NCBI GenBank assembly: GCA_964552045.1 | Contig: CAZKFF010000003.1 | Location: forward strand, 11,880-75,879 | Source: an uncultured Candidatus Saccharibacteria bacterium | GTDB taxonomy: Bacteria; Patescibacteriota; Minisyncoccia; Phycocordibacterales; UBA918 | Direction of reading: 5' to 3' | Length of the DNA stretch: 64,000 bases | Part shown: piece by piece, positions 49,743-59,586 of the stretch | How positions within the stretch are numbered: the first letter of the stretch is position 1 | Layout of the letters: the number at the start of each line of letters is the position of its first letter | Translations under genes and position numbers: made by a program | Notes under the pieces: generated by a model | Database searches by the model: none | Told to the model about the DNA's origin: nothing | Seen by the model: the letters and a program-made list of their open reading frames with translations, nothing else

Positions 49743-50871
49743 TATCCCGAACATAGTAGATGTCACTGATCTCGAAGGCACATACGTGCTGGTGCGTGTT
49801 TCGCTCAATGTGCCAGTGGCGGACGGAAAAGTAACCAACAGCTTCCGTATTGAGAAGTGCCTGCCGACCATCAAACATCTCATGAGCAAAGGGGCGCGTG
49901 TGATCCTGTGCAGCCACATCGGACGGAAAGAAGATGAAAGCCTCGCTCCGGTCTACGAGGCTCTGCGGGAGTTTGTCCCGGTCAGGTTCTCTCCTGAAGT
50001 TGTGGGAGAGACAACGACCCGTATGTGCAATGAACTCCAGAATGGCGAGGTGCTGCTGCTTGAGAATGTGCGCAGCGATGCACGCGAGGTGCAGAATAGT
50101 CCGGCATTCGCCGCCGAGCTTGCCGAGCTTGCGGATATCTTCGTCAATGATGATTTTGCAGCTTCCCACCGCACTCATGCCTCGCTTCACGCCATCTGCG
50201 CCCTGCTGCCGTCATATGCCGGACTCAATTTCATCCATGAATACACTGAACTCTCGAAGGTCATGCACCCTGAATCGCCGTCGCTGTTCATACTCGGCGG
50301 CGCGAAGTTCGAGACGAAAATGCCGCTCGTAGAAAAATACCTTGATATTTACGACCACATCTTCATAGGCGGCGCGCTTTCCAATGATTTCTTCAAAGCG
50401 AAAGGATTCGAGGTCGGCACATCGCTGGTCTCAGAGATGAGCCTCCATGACAATCATCTCTTAAGCCATCCGAAGATACTGCTGCCGGTTGATGTCACTG
50501 CAGTAAAAAATGAGGTACCGCGTGTCACGCAGCCGAATATGGTCGGGAAAGACGAGTCAATCCTCGACGTCGGTCCGAAGACCATTGAAATGCTCACCAC
50601 ATATGTAAGGCAGGCGCGGACGGTTCTCTGGAACGGCCCAATGGGCAACTATGAGAACGGTTTCCAGCGCGAAACGCTCGCGTGCGCGAAGCTTGTGGCA
50701 GAAGCGGAGGCATATACCGTGGTCGGCGGAGGCGATACGGTCGCCGCCATTGAATCCCTGCACGTTGCGGATCGCTACAGTTTTCTCTCGACAGCAGGCG
50801 GCGCGATGCTCATGTTCCTCGAAGAGGGAACGCTTCCGGCACTTGATGCACTCTGTGCCGCAAAAAAATAA
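49729..50871 (+). CDS. pgk: Phosphoglycerate kinase
   Basis: RVDLNVP-like VRVSLNVPV, LLENVR, FVNDDFAASHR, GGGDTV. Overlaps the tpiA end by 14 nt. A terminator follows at about 50872-50905. Confidence 0.9.
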   Translation: MAQHNIPNIVDVTDLEGTYVLVRVSLNVPVADGKVTNSFRIEKCLPTIKHLMSKGARVILCSHIGRKEDESLAPVYEALREFVPVRFSPEVVGETTTRMCNELQNGEVLLLENVRSDAREVQNSPAFAAELAELADIFVNDDFAASHRTHASLHAICALLPSYAGLNFIHEYTELSKVMHPESPSLFILGGAKFETKMPLVEKYLDIYDHIFIGGALSNDFFKAKGFEVGTSLVSEMSLHDNHLLSHPKILLPVDVTAVKNEVPRVTQPNMVGKDESILDVGPKTIEMLTTYVRQARTVLWNGPMGNYENGFQRETLACAKLVAEAEAYTVVGGGDTVAAIESLHVADRYSFLSTAGGAMLMFLEEGTLPALDALCAAKK

Positions 50872-50905
50872 AACAAAAGATCGGGCGAATGCCCGATCTT
50901 TTGTT

Positions 50906-51328
50906 TTATGCCTCGTCTACGTCCTCCTCCTGGAGCGCTGCCAGTATCTGAGTTGCGACAACCGAGAGTTCATCATCGGTCGCCTCCCTCCCTTCTGCCA
51001 TGATGGCGCCGAGCGCTTTCTGCGTATCCTGCATGGGGTATATCTTTATGTGGACATGCGGGACTTCGAATCCCTCAACCGCAAGACACGTGCGCGCAGC
51101 CCCCAAAGCTCGGTCGGACGCTTTGGCGATCTTCTTGGCTATTCTAAAGAGATGGATATATGAATCGTCGTCGAGATCGAATGCATAATCGATGTCTTTC
51201 TTCGGGATGACAAGCGACTGCCCTTTGACTGCAGGGAATTTGTCCAGAATGGCGACGCAGAATTCATCTTCATAGATGAAATGTCCAGGGATCTCCCGAT
51301 TGATGATCTTGGTGAAAATTGATGTCAT
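50906..51328 (-). CDS. HIT-family (histidine triad) hydrolase (140 aa; the C-terminal part of the longer track ORF)
   Basis: IFTKIINREIP...EGFEVPHVHIKIYP (HxHxHxx). The upstream extension of the track ORF overlaps recJ and is taken as spurious. Confidence 0.8.
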   Translation of the reverse strand: MTSIFTKIINREIPGHFIYEDEFCVAILDKFPAVKGQSLVIPKKDIDYAFDLDDDSYIHLFRIAKKIAKASDRALGAARTCLAVEGFEVPHVHIKIYPMQDTQKALGAIMAEGREATDDELSVVATQILAALQEEDVDEA

Positions 51329-51367
51329 ACGTGTAGAGTACCGCTTCATGGTACCATAATCCTGTTT

Positions 51368-53077
51368 ATGGTCACCTACACTCCTCCGCGCAGCATTCCC
51401 AATGACGTCCTCAAAGAGCTTGCGGCATACAGTCCGCATCTGCAGCAATTGCTGTATGGCCGGGGCATTACTACGCAGCACGATGCGCATGCTTTCCTTC
51501 ATCCGTCGTATGAGGATCACCTTCATGATCCGTTTCTCCTCCACGATATGGACAAAGCGGTAAATCGCATCATGGAAGCGATGCGTACAGAAGAACACAT
51601 CGTGATCTACAGCGATTATGACTGCGATGGCATCCCTGGGGCGGTCGTGCTCCACGATTTTTTTCGTGCCATCGGCTATGAACGCTTCTCTAATTACATA
51701 CCGCACCGGCATTACGAAGGGTTCGGTCTGAGCGCGGCGGCTGTTGTAAAGCTCAAGGATGAGGGTGCATCGCTCGTGATCACCATTGACTGTGGCACAA
51801 GCGACGTCGAGGCTGTAGAGAAGGCCACTGAGCTCGGGATTGATGTCATTATCACGGATCATCACGAGGCAAAGGAGGTGCTGCCACAGGCGTACGCCGT
51901 AGTGAACCCGAAGGTCGGTATCACGTATCCATTCGACGGGTTGTGCGGCAGCGGCGTGGTGTACAAGCTGGTGCAGGCGCTCATCCTGAAGAACGACGCG
52001 ACGCATCAGTTCACGCTCACGCCGGGCTGGGAGAAATGGTGGCTCGATATGGTGGCACTTGCAACCATTGCGGATATGGTCCCGCTTGTAGGGGAAAACC
52101 GCGCGCTTGCCTACTATGGTTTGCAGGTGCTCCGTAAATCGCGGCGGCCCGGGCTTCAGCAGCTTGTTTCCAAACAGCGGGCGAGCATGATCCATCTCAC
52201 TGAAGACGATATCGGATTCACCATCGGCCCGCGCATCAATGCAGCCTCACGCATGGATACGCCCGAGGATGCGTTCCTGATGCTTTCGTGCAGCGATATC
52301 TCGCAAGCGGGAGCATATGTCGAGCATCTGGAGAAACTCAACAACGAACGCCGCGGGATCGTCGCCTCCATGACCAAGGAGATCAATAAGCGCATCGCGC
52401 AGCTTCCGGAACTGCCGCCGGTTATCGTGCTCGGCAATCCACTCTGGCGCCCGTCACTGGTGGGCCTGGTAGCCAATAAGCTCGCCGAAGAACACAACCG
52501 ACCGGCATTCCTGTGGGGACGCGACGGCAACGGGGTCTATAAGGGTTCATGCCGCTCGGAAGGGGTTACGAGCGTGGTCGCGCTTATGAATGAAGCAGCA
52601 CATGTGTTCGTCGAGCACGGCGGACATCATTTCTCAGGAGGATTCGGCGTGCGCGAGGATCACATCCATACATTCGGTGAAACGCTCAATGAGGCGTATC
52701 TGCGCATGGGGGAACAAGCGCATTTTGTTATGGAAGAACAAGTTGATGCTCTTTTGCAGCTTGATGACGTCACCGCCGCATTTCTCCGCGACCAGGCGCT
52801 GCTCGCACCGTTCGGCGAAGGTAATCCCAAGCCCCTGTATCTTTTCACCGGTGTGGTCCCCGCAGAGGTTGGAGTGTTTGGAAAGGCGAGAGAGCATACC
52901 AAGCTCTTCCTACAGACGCAGGGTCTTGCGCGTGAAGCCATCGCATTCTTCAGAATGCCGGAAGATTTCACAAGAGAGCCCAAGGCAGGCGAAGCGGTCG
53001 ATCTGTATGCACACGTCGAACAGTCGTACTTCATGGGACGTCTGCAGACGCGCCTGCGCATTGTTGACGTGGTATGA
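51368..53077 (+). CDS. recJ: Single-stranded-DNA-specific 5'-3' exonuclease RecJ
   Basis: DHH motifs (IYSDYDCDGI; ITDHH), DHHA1 domain (GGGH..AAG) and OB-fold C-terminus. Confidence 0.9.
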   Translation: MVTYTPPRSIPNDVLKELAAYSPHLQQLLYGRGITTQHDAHAFLHPSYEDHLHDPFLLHDMDKAVNRIMEAMRTEEHIVIYSDYDCDGIPGAVVLHDFFRAIGYERFSNYIPHRHYEGFGLSAAAVVKLKDEGASLVITIDCGTSDVEAVEKATELGIDVIITDHHEAKEVLPQAYAVVNPKVGITYPFDGLCGSGVVYKLVQALILKNDATHQFTLTPGWEKWWLDMVALATIADMVPLVGENRALAYYGLQVLRKSRRPGLQQLVSKQRASMIHLTEDDIGFTIGPRINAASRMDTPEDAFLMLSCSDISQAGAYVEHLEKLNNERRGIVASMTKEINKRIAQLPELPPVIVLGNPLWRPSLVGLVANKLAEEHNRPAFLWGRDGNGVYKGSCRSEGVTSVVALMNEAAHVFVEHGGHHFSGGFGVREDHIHTFGETLNEAYLRMGEQAHFVMEEQVDALLQLDDVTAAFLRDQALLAPFGEGNPKPLYLFTGVVPAEVGVFGKAREHTKLFLQTQGLAREAIAFFRMPEDFTREPKAGEAVDLYAHVEQSYFMGRLQTRLRIVDVV

Positions 53078-53120
53078 ATTTCAGGCACAATAGCTGCGGT
53101 TAGCACGAAAGGGGAATGCG

Positions 53121-53486
53121 GTGCATACAAAGATCGGCATAGTGACCAAAACGCCTGTTGCGATCGCCACGCACAGCGGGCAGGAGCTCGTCTGGCTCCA
53201 GTACAGCCTGCAGCATCTGCTGGGTCGACAGGTGGAACTGCTCGACCTGAAAGCGCTGCCGCCTGATACTGCGGGGTATGCGTGGATCATTCTCGACTGT
53301 TGCGGGGTCCGCATTGACCGCGCATATGTGGAGGAGCAGCTTTCGCAACTGCAGTGGCGCAAGGGCAGGGTGATCGTCCGGCTCTCTTCCATGCGGGAAT
53401 TGGAAGGAGAGATCGACGGTGTGCATGTGCTTAAAGGCCATGCGAAATCGCCGGAATTTGCGGCGATCATAGAAGAGGCTCTCTAG
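53121..53486 (+). CDS. Hypothetical protein (121 aa)
   Basis: ORF only. Confidence 0.4.
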   Translation: MHTKIGIVTKTPVAIATHSGQELVWLQYSLQHLLGRQVELLDLKALPPDTAGYAWIILDCCGVRIDRAYVEEQLSQLQWRKGRVIVRLSSMRELEGEIDGVHVLKGHAKSPEFAAIIEEAL

Positions 53487-53531
53487 GTGAGGGATACGCG
53501 TGAGGACGCCACATAGGCGTCCTTTCTTATT

Positions 53532-53972
53532 GTGGTGTATAGTACGGGTATGGAAACAATCATTGCCTATACTGACGGCGGCGCGCGGGGCAACCCCGGC
53601 CCGGCAGGCATCGGCGTACAGATACAGGACGCGGACGGGAACGTTCTGAAGGAGGTTGCCCAATTCCTGGGGAATGCCACCAATAATTTCGCCGAGTACA
53701 ATGGGGTGCTTGTCGCACTCCAGACGCTGAAGGCGATGTACGGAAAGAAGACGAGAGAGATGCATATCGAGCTGCGCATGGACAGCGAACTCATCAAGAA
53801 GCAGCTCAACGGCGAATACCAGATCAAGGAGCCGGGTCTGGTGCCGTACTTCATCGAGATCCATAATCTCCGCGTATCCAATTTCCCCAATCTGACGCTC
53901 ACACATGTCCCCCGGGCGCAGAATAAAGAGGCAGACCGCCTCTCAAATGAAGCGATGGATAAAGGTTCGTAA
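53532..53972 (+). CDS. rnhA: Ribonuclease HI (probable start METIIAYTDG near 53550)
   Basis: YTDGGARGNPGPAG, NNFAEY, ELRMDSEL, NKEADRL (the DEDD catalytic set). Confidence 0.85.
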   Translation: MVYSTGMETIIAYTDGGARGNPGPAGIGVQIQDADGNVLKEVAQFLGNATNNFAEYNGVLVALQTLKAMYGKKTREMHIELRMDSELIKKQLNGEYQIKEPGLVPYFIEIHNLRVSNFPNLTLTHVPRAQNKEADRLSNEAMDKGS

Positions 53973-54208
53973 GTACGAACCCTTATCCGTTTTACACGAG
54001 GTGTAAACATACTGTTGCGAATTTATGAGCAGGCATGAGGCGGAGGAAGGCGCACGAGTATGCGCCTTTGTCTGTTCCTGTAGGGACATACCGTTATGAG
54101 CGAAGCGAATAGGTATGAGGTGGGAGCAGGGCGCTCGTGCATAAGCCCAGTTGACCGCTACACGGCGCTGTAGTAACGTGCTATCGCTGTTGCAATAGTG
54201 CGCAGCAC

Positions 54209-54643
54209 ATGGAGGAAACTCATTTGTTCATTTTCTGCGAGGTGCCCGACGGGGCTGTTTTTTCACGGCAGATGCCAACCAAAGGCACACTGCCGAAGTC
54301 GGATATCATCGGGGGCGCGTACGCGCATTCTTTCATGCTCACGGGAGACGCGAACGTGCGCGTGACCCTGCACGCCAAGGTCGGGTCACGCAAGGAACTG
54401 CGCAGTACCCTGAAGTGGCACATGAAGAAGCTGCAGCGTGAGAGCGATCGCGTCGAATTGCTTCTGGAGCCGGCTCCGAAGAATGCCCGCGTGACCATTT
54501 GCGCCCTGAGCGCCGAGAATACTACAGACCCGAATGCAGTACGGGTCCAGTTCAAAGGTCCGGAAACGGCGAATCTGCGGGACAATCAGATGATCTCGAC
54601 CCGCCGGGTTCGTCTTGCGATGGCTCAGGCGGCTCGGATCTAG
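54209..54643 (+). CDS. Hypothetical protein (144 aa) followed by a classic terminator (cccaggc-gcgaacgt-gcctggg-ttttc) at about 54664-54690
   Basis: RBS ggagg before the ATG and a terminator after the stop. No motif. Confidence 0.4.
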   Translation: MEETHLFIFCEVPDGAVFSRQMPTKGTLPKSDIIGGAYAHSFMLTGDANVRVTLHAKVGSRKELRSTLKWHMKKLQRESDRVELLLEPAPKNARVTICALSAENTTDPNAVRVQFKGPETANLRDNQMISTRRVRLAMAQAARI

Positions 54644-55010
54644 CTTTCATCCGCATTCGAGTACCCCAGGCGCGAACGTGCCTGGGTTTTCTTTTTCAAC
54701 TATCCGTATTGACCCGGCTCGGCTTTCGGCGTATTTTTAAATAAGCACGTTCACGATCACTGGCGTGCTTTTGTTCCACTAATCCTCAGAGGAGAGAGTC
54801 TATGGGCACTGTTCGCATTCGAAGTACGCGCAGGCCACTCCTCATCTACGACAGTATGGGGGCCGCAGGCAGTTAGCGCCATGTCTCTGCTGACGACAGA
54901 GACTTCCGGCCGAACATGGCTCGTCACATTCCTCTCATGAACGCCTATGGGCGTTACGTGAGTGAGGGTTGCTCTGACCCGTAACCCAAGAACTACAGGT
55001 CAAACCCCGG

Positions 55011-56612
55011 TTGCGCATGCGCAACCGGGGCGAATTGTTTCTGCTACACTTCAGATATTGCATGCGGGATATATTCGTATATGCAGGAGTCTTCGGTTTT
55101 GTATTCGGCATCTTTTCCCGGTCGTTTCTTCCCGTCCACCTGCCGGAGATACTGCTCCTTTTGATCATCAGTCTTGCAGTATGCCTCATAGGGCGCAGAG
55201 GAGGCGCCGCTTCCTCTGCGCCCTATGTGCTCTGTGCCGGCATTTTTCTTTTTCTGTTCGCGTGCGGAGCACTGCGCATGGAGCATGCAAGCTGGAGCGA
55301 GCGCAATCCGGCGTTTGAAGCGCAGCTTGGAGAAATTCATTCGTTCAGCGGCATTGTTGTCCGAGAGGTGGAGGAGAAAGAGCGTACAGTCCGTGCATAC
55401 GTTGCGGTCGGTGATGAGCTCCTTTTGGTCACGGCCCACAAGGGTACGCAGCTCGCATATGGGGATGGAGTGGAGGTGAGAGGAACGCTCGCACTCCCTG
55501 AGAAATTTGCAACAGAGCTCGGACGCACCTTCGATTACCCGGGCTATCTGCGGGCGCGCGGCGTACACTATGTGCTTCCGTTTGCGCAGGTGAAGGTCAC
55601 GCAGAAGGATGCAGGCAATCCTGTTTTGGGAGCATTATTCCGATTCAAACAGCGCTTTCTACACAATATCGAATCTGTGGTGCAGGAACCGGAAGCAGGA
55701 TTGTCTGCTGGCTTACTGCTCGGAGTGCGACAGTCGCTTCCGCAGGAACTCGAAGCGGTGTTCCGTACCTCCGGTATCACGCACATCGTTGTGCTGTCCG
55801 GGTACAACATCATGCTCGTGGTGATATTTGTCACATACGTCCTCTCGTTTTTGCTCCCACAGAAAATGCGTCTTATATTCGGTCTGATTGCCATAGCGCT
55901 GTTTGCCTGCATGGTCGGCCTTTCAGCAACGGTTTTGCGTGCGAGCATTATGGCTGGCCTTATACTCGTTGCGCAATTTTTGGGCCGTACCTACGCCGTG
56001 TTGCGGGCGCTTGCAGTGTGTGGATGCCTCATGCTTGCTTTTAATCCCTACCTGCTGGTGTTTGATGTCGGCTTCCAGCTTTCATTTGTTGCGACGCTCG
56101 GACTGATCCTTCTTGCGCCACATCTGCACTCCTATGCGCGGTTTCTGCCCGAAGCGTTGGGGCTGCGCGAATTTTTTACTGCGACGCTTGCAACGCAGAT
56201 CTTCGTACTGCCGATACTGCTCTACCAGATAGGCCAATTTTCAGTGGTGTCCGTTATCGTAAACCTGCTAGTGCTCCCCATGGTGCCGCTTGCTATGTTC
56301 CTCACGTTCACAACGGGCATGCTCGGCTTCATAGCTGTCCCGCTTGCAGAGGCGTGCGCATATCTGGCGTATGCATCGCTCTGGTACATCATTGCCGTTG
56401 CTCGCTTCTTTGCAGGACTGCCGTTCGCCTCGTTCACCTTTCCGCCGTTCCCCTTTGTCTTTGTAGTGGCAGCGTACATCGGGCTCTGCCTGCTGTTGTA
56501 CAAGCTCAAGTCCCGCACCCGCGAAGCGTTCGACGACCTGAAGGGATGGACGATCGTCGCCGAGGTCGAGCTTGAAGAAACACGCAGGGAGACGCCCGTC
56601 TTTTTCAGATGA
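55011..56612 (+). CDS. comEC: ComEC/Rec2 DNA-internalisation channel (DUF4131 plus competence domain; no MBL domain in this ORF)
   Basis: N-terminal OB/DUF4131 region (VRGTLALPEKFATELGRTFDYPGYLRARGVHY), multi-TM competence domain (GLLLGVRQSLPQEL...SGITHIVVLSGYNI). Confidence 0.8.
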   Translation: MRMRNRGELFLLHFRYCMRDIFVYAGVFGFVFGIFSRSFLPVHLPEILLLLIISLAVCLIGRRGGAASSAPYVLCAGIFLFLFACGALRMEHASWSERNPAFEAQLGEIHSFSGIVVREVEEKERTVRAYVAVGDELLLVTAHKGTQLAYGDGVEVRGTLALPEKFATELGRTFDYPGYLRARGVHYVLPFAQVKVTQKDAGNPVLGALFRFKQRFLHNIESVVQEPEAGLSAGLLLGVRQSLPQELEAVFRTSGITHIVVLSGYNIMLVVIFVTYVLSFLLPQKMRLIFGLIAIALFACMVGLSATVLRASIMAGLILVAQFLGRTYAVLRALAVCGCLMLAFNPYLLVFDVGFQLSFVATLGLILLAPHLHSYARFLPEALGLREFFTATLATQIFVLPILLYQIGQFSVVSVIVNLLVLPMVPLAMFLTFTTGMLGFIAVPLAEACAYLAYASLWYIIAVARFFAGLPFASFTFPPFPFVFVVAAYIGLCLLLYKLKSRTREAFDDLKGWTIVAEVELEETRRETPVFFR

Positions 56613-56872
56613 GCTGTACAAAAAATGGAATGTATGGCGCAACTGTGAGTATGTGCTCTGGGCGGGGTACAATAGGCCCACTACAACGTTGGAGGTAGCA
56701 CATGAGCACCGCCGCACGGAGTACATTGCCGAAGTGGCCATTGAAGACGATTGCTGCCGTGCTGGCAACAGTCGTCTGCATGGCTATGCCATTGGCTGTC
56801 CTGCTGCAGTCGCTGTAGCAGGCGCACAAAAAAGACCGTCGGGGTTTTCTCCGGCGGTCTCTTTCTTTCACT

Positions 56873-57454
56873 TTAGTTCATGCGGTCCGCGACCGTTTCC
56901 CAGTTGAGGTTCTTGAAGAACGCGTCAATGTATTCTTTCTTTTGGCTTGGCGGATAGTCGAGCATGAATGAATGTTCCCACATATCAAGCGCGAGTACGA
57001 TCTCTGCAGTAGCGAGCTGACCCAGATGCTGCTCGTCAACCCAGCCCATCACCAGCCGCTTCGCCTCCCGGTCAAAATAGAGCATCGCCCAGCCGATGCC
57101 GCGGGTCATGGCAGTTGCCTTGAATTGGGCCATGAAAGCATCCCACGAGCCCCAGAGGTATGCGCAGCTTTTGTAGAGTTCGCTGTTCTGATCGACCTCC
57201 TTCGCTCCGCCTTCGAACTGCGCGAAGTATGCTTCGTGGTTCTTCATGCCGCCGAACTCAAACCCCAGCCGGCGCTGCACTTCAGCAAGCGCATACGCAT
57301 TTTTCTCAGAGTCCTGCTTGAGTTCATCAATCTTCTCGTGAATAAGATTCACATGTTTTACGTAGCCCGCATAGAGCTTCAGGTGCTCATCAATAGTCTG
57401 CTGCGAGATGCCCGCAAGGGCAGGAATATCAAATGTTTTAGCTTCGTATGTCAT
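56873..57454 (-). CDS. sodA: Fe/Mn superoxide dismutase
   Basis: HH..HH N-terminal helices (DEHLKLYAGYVKHVN), WEHSFMLDY, QKKEYIDAFFKNLNW. Confidence 0.9.
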   Translation of the reverse strand: MTYEAKTFDIPALAGISQQTIDEHLKLYAGYVKHVNLIHEKIDELKQDSEKNAYALAEVQRRLGFEFGGMKNHEAYFAQFEGGAKEVDQNSELYKSCAYLWGSWDAFMAQFKATAMTRGIGWAMLYFDREAKRLVMGWVDEQHLGQLATAEIVLALDMWEHSFMLDYPPSQKKEYIDAFFKNLNWETVADRMN

Positions 57455-57506
57455 AGTTTCACGCTATTCTGGTAATGGTGAAAGTGTATCATAGAGACAA
57501 TGAACT

Positions 57507-58373
57507 ATGAGTGATGCCGCCGTACGCGCCCGCATATCCTTCCTGCTTGTGTTTGGTGTATTGTCGCTTGCGACGCTGCTCTTTTCCTATACCGTATCTT
57601 CAGCACGCACGCCGTACCTGCAGGTGCATTTTCTTGACGTGGGGCAAGGGGACGCGATCTTCATCGAGACGTATGGAGGCACGCAGGTGCTCATTGACGG
57701 GGGGAGCGGCTCGCAGGTGCTCTCGGAACTTGCATCGGTGATGCCGTTCGGCGACCGGGACATTGATATGGTGGTCGGTACCCATCCGGATCTCGATCAC
57801 ATCGGCGGCCTCACCGATGTTCTGGAGCAGTATGAAGTGAAGACCATTCTCAAGACAGAGAACAAGGGAGACAGCGATACTGCGCAGCTCTATGAGGCGC
57901 TCACCCAGGCAGAAAATGCCCAGGTTGTCTTTGCACGGCGCGGACAGGAGTTCGCGCTTGATGCGTCGACGACCCTGCGCGTCTTATTTCCTGAAACGAA
58001 CCCCGTAGCGCTTGAAAGCAACACGTCGTCGATTGTGCTGCAGCTCTCCTACGGCAGTTCGACATTCCTCTTCACCGGCGATTCGCCGAAGAGCATTGAA
58101 GAGTATCTGGTGCTGACCGAGGGAGCGCAATTGCGCAGCGATGTGCTCAAGGTGGGACACCACGGCTCGCGCACCTCCACCTCGGAGCTTTTTCTCGATG
58201 AGGTGCAGCCTTCGTTCGCGGTGATATCGGCGGGGAAAGACAACAGCTACGGCCATCCGCATGTGGAAGTGACCGACTTACTATTCAACAGCAACGTGGA
58301 GACGTTCAACACCGCTCAGGAAGGGACGATCACATTCCTCGCTGATGAGACAAAAGTCTGGCGAAAAGAATAA
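57507..58373 (+). CDS. Membrane-anchored metallo-beta-lactamase-fold protein of the ComEC C-terminal-domain type
   Basis: HFLDVGQGDAIFIE, GTHPDLDHIGG, HHGS motifs typical of the ComEC MBL domain; N-terminal TM. Confidence 0.75.
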   Translation: MSDAAVRARISFLLVFGVLSLATLLFSYTVSSARTPYLQVHFLDVGQGDAIFIETYGGTQVLIDGGSGSQVLSELASVMPFGDRDIDMVVGTHPDLDHIGGLTDVLEQYEVKTILKTENKGDSDTAQLYEALTQAENAQVVFARRGQEFALDASTTLRVLFPETNPVALESNTSSIVLQLSYGSSTFLFTGDSPKSIEEYLVLTEGAQLRSDVLKVGHHGSRTSTSELFLDEVQPSFAVISAGKDNSYGHPHVEVTDLLFNSNVETFNTAQEGTITFLADETKVWRKE

Positions 58374-58430
58374 GGGATTGAAGAGCAACCTCTTTTCATG
58401 TATATGTGAAGTACTGGAAAGGAGATACCT

Positions 58431-58565
58431 ATGAATACGATCCAGCAGTTCTTCTATCGGCTGTCACCGGCATGGGTGCGCATGCAATTGTGGGGCATCA
58501 ATGACAAGCGTCTTCTGCTGCCGCAGGACAACCTGTTCCGCTTTATGCGCGACGGGACAGACTGA
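58431..58565 (+). CDS. Candidate small protein (44 aa: MNTIQQFFYRLSPAWVRMQLWGINDKRLLLPQDNLFRFMRDGTD)
   Basis: Strong RBS aaggag 7 nt upstream. A terminator follows at about 58575-58605. Below the track cutoff. Confidence 0.3.
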   Translation: MNTIQQFFYRLSPAWVRMQLWGINDKRLLLPQDNLFRFMRDGTD

Positions 58566-58609
58566 ACAAAAAAGAGCCCGGCACCTTTGGTGCCGGGCTC
58601 GATTTCTAT

Positions 58610-58852
58610 TTAGATGAGATTCGCTCCCTTGAGTGTCGCGTATGCTCCGTTCTTCGCAATGGTACGGAGTCCCTTTGTCGAAACCTTGATAGTGATGTGC
58701 TTATCAAGCTCTGCAACGTAGATGCGCCGCTTGTGGAGGTTCGGAGCGCGCTTTGTTTTACCGGAAGGGTTAAACTGCGTCGCACGTGTGCGGTTGCTGT
58801 ACTTGCCTCCAATCTGGGTCTTCTTGCCCGTGATGTCACATTGCTTTGCCAT
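58610..58852 (-). CDS. rpmB: 50S ribosomal protein L28 (start MAKQCDITGKK)
   Basis: MAKQCDITGKKTQIGGKYSNRTRATQFNPSGKTKRAPNLHKRRIYV is typical of L28. Confidence 0.85.
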   Translation of the reverse strand: MAKQCDITGKKTQIGGKYSNRTRATQFNPSGKTKRAPNLHKRRIYVAELDKHITIKVSTKGLRTIAKNGAYATLKGANLI

Positions 58853-58950
58853 ATAGTTTGTTTTTAGCCCCGCCATACTACCATGGGCTTCATATAATGC
58901 AAGCCCTTATTCCTTTTATGGAGCCGTGGTTTAGCGTACTATAGGAGCAT

Positions 58951-59586
58951 ATGGAACAGGTAATCATCATCGTTGCACTTATCATATCGATCATTCTCCA
59001 TGAAATGGCTCACGGCTATGCAGCCAATGCGCTCGGAGACCCGACCGCCCGACTGCAGGGCCGGTTGTCGCCCAATCCGCTGGTACACATTGATCCTCTG
59101 GGTTCGGTCATTATCCCGGCCTTCCTGTTTCTCACTCAGGCAGGTATCCTCTTTGGTTGGGCAAAACCGGTTCCGTACAATCCGTACAACCTCAGCAACC
59201 AGAAATGGGGGGAGGCGCTTGTGGCGGCAGCAGGGCCGGCAACCAATGTGCTCTTGGCGGTTATTTTTGCGCTCATTATCCGTTCCGCTGACGCGCTTGC
59301 GCTGTCTGAGTCGTTCCTGCAGATATCGCTCTACATCGTCTATATTAATATCCTTCTGGCGTTCTTCAATATGATACCGATCCCCCCGCTCGACGGCTCG
59401 AAGATACTCACCGCGGTTCTGCCGTTTTCAGCACAGATGCAGTATCGGAAGTTCGCGCAATGGGTAGAACGGTACGGCCTGTTCATTATGTTTGTCTTCA
59501 TCTTCGTGTTCATCACGTTCCTCTCCGACCCGTTCTTTGTCCTGGTCTCCTCTGTGGTAGAGCTTCTCACCGGCTTTTCGCTCTAG
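58951..59586 (+). CDS. Site-2-protease-family (M50) membrane zinc metalloprotease
   Basis: HEMAHGYAA (HExxH) in TM1 and NMIPIPPLDGSKIL (the LDG motif). Confidence 0.75.
   Translation: MEQVIIIVALIISIILHEMAHGYAANALGDPTARLQGRLSPNPLVHIDPLGSVIIPAFLFLTQAGILFGWAKPVPYNPYNLSNQKWGEALVAAAGPATNVLLAVIFALIIRSADALALSESFLQISLYIVYINILLAFFNMIPIPPLDGSKILTAVLPFSAQMQYRKFAQWVERYGLFIMFVFIFVFITFLSDPFFVLVSSVVELLTGFSL

Noticed and set aside
51329-52195. Upstream 290 codons of track ORF 50906-52195 (minus)
   Set aside because: Only the C-terminal 140 aa form a HIT protein with HxHxHxx. The remainder is antisense to recJ, which has full DHH/DHHA1 motifs.
53100-53906. 268-aa minus-strand ORF
   Set aside because: Antisense to rnhA (full RNase H motif set) and to the 53121-53486 ORF. 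No motifs.
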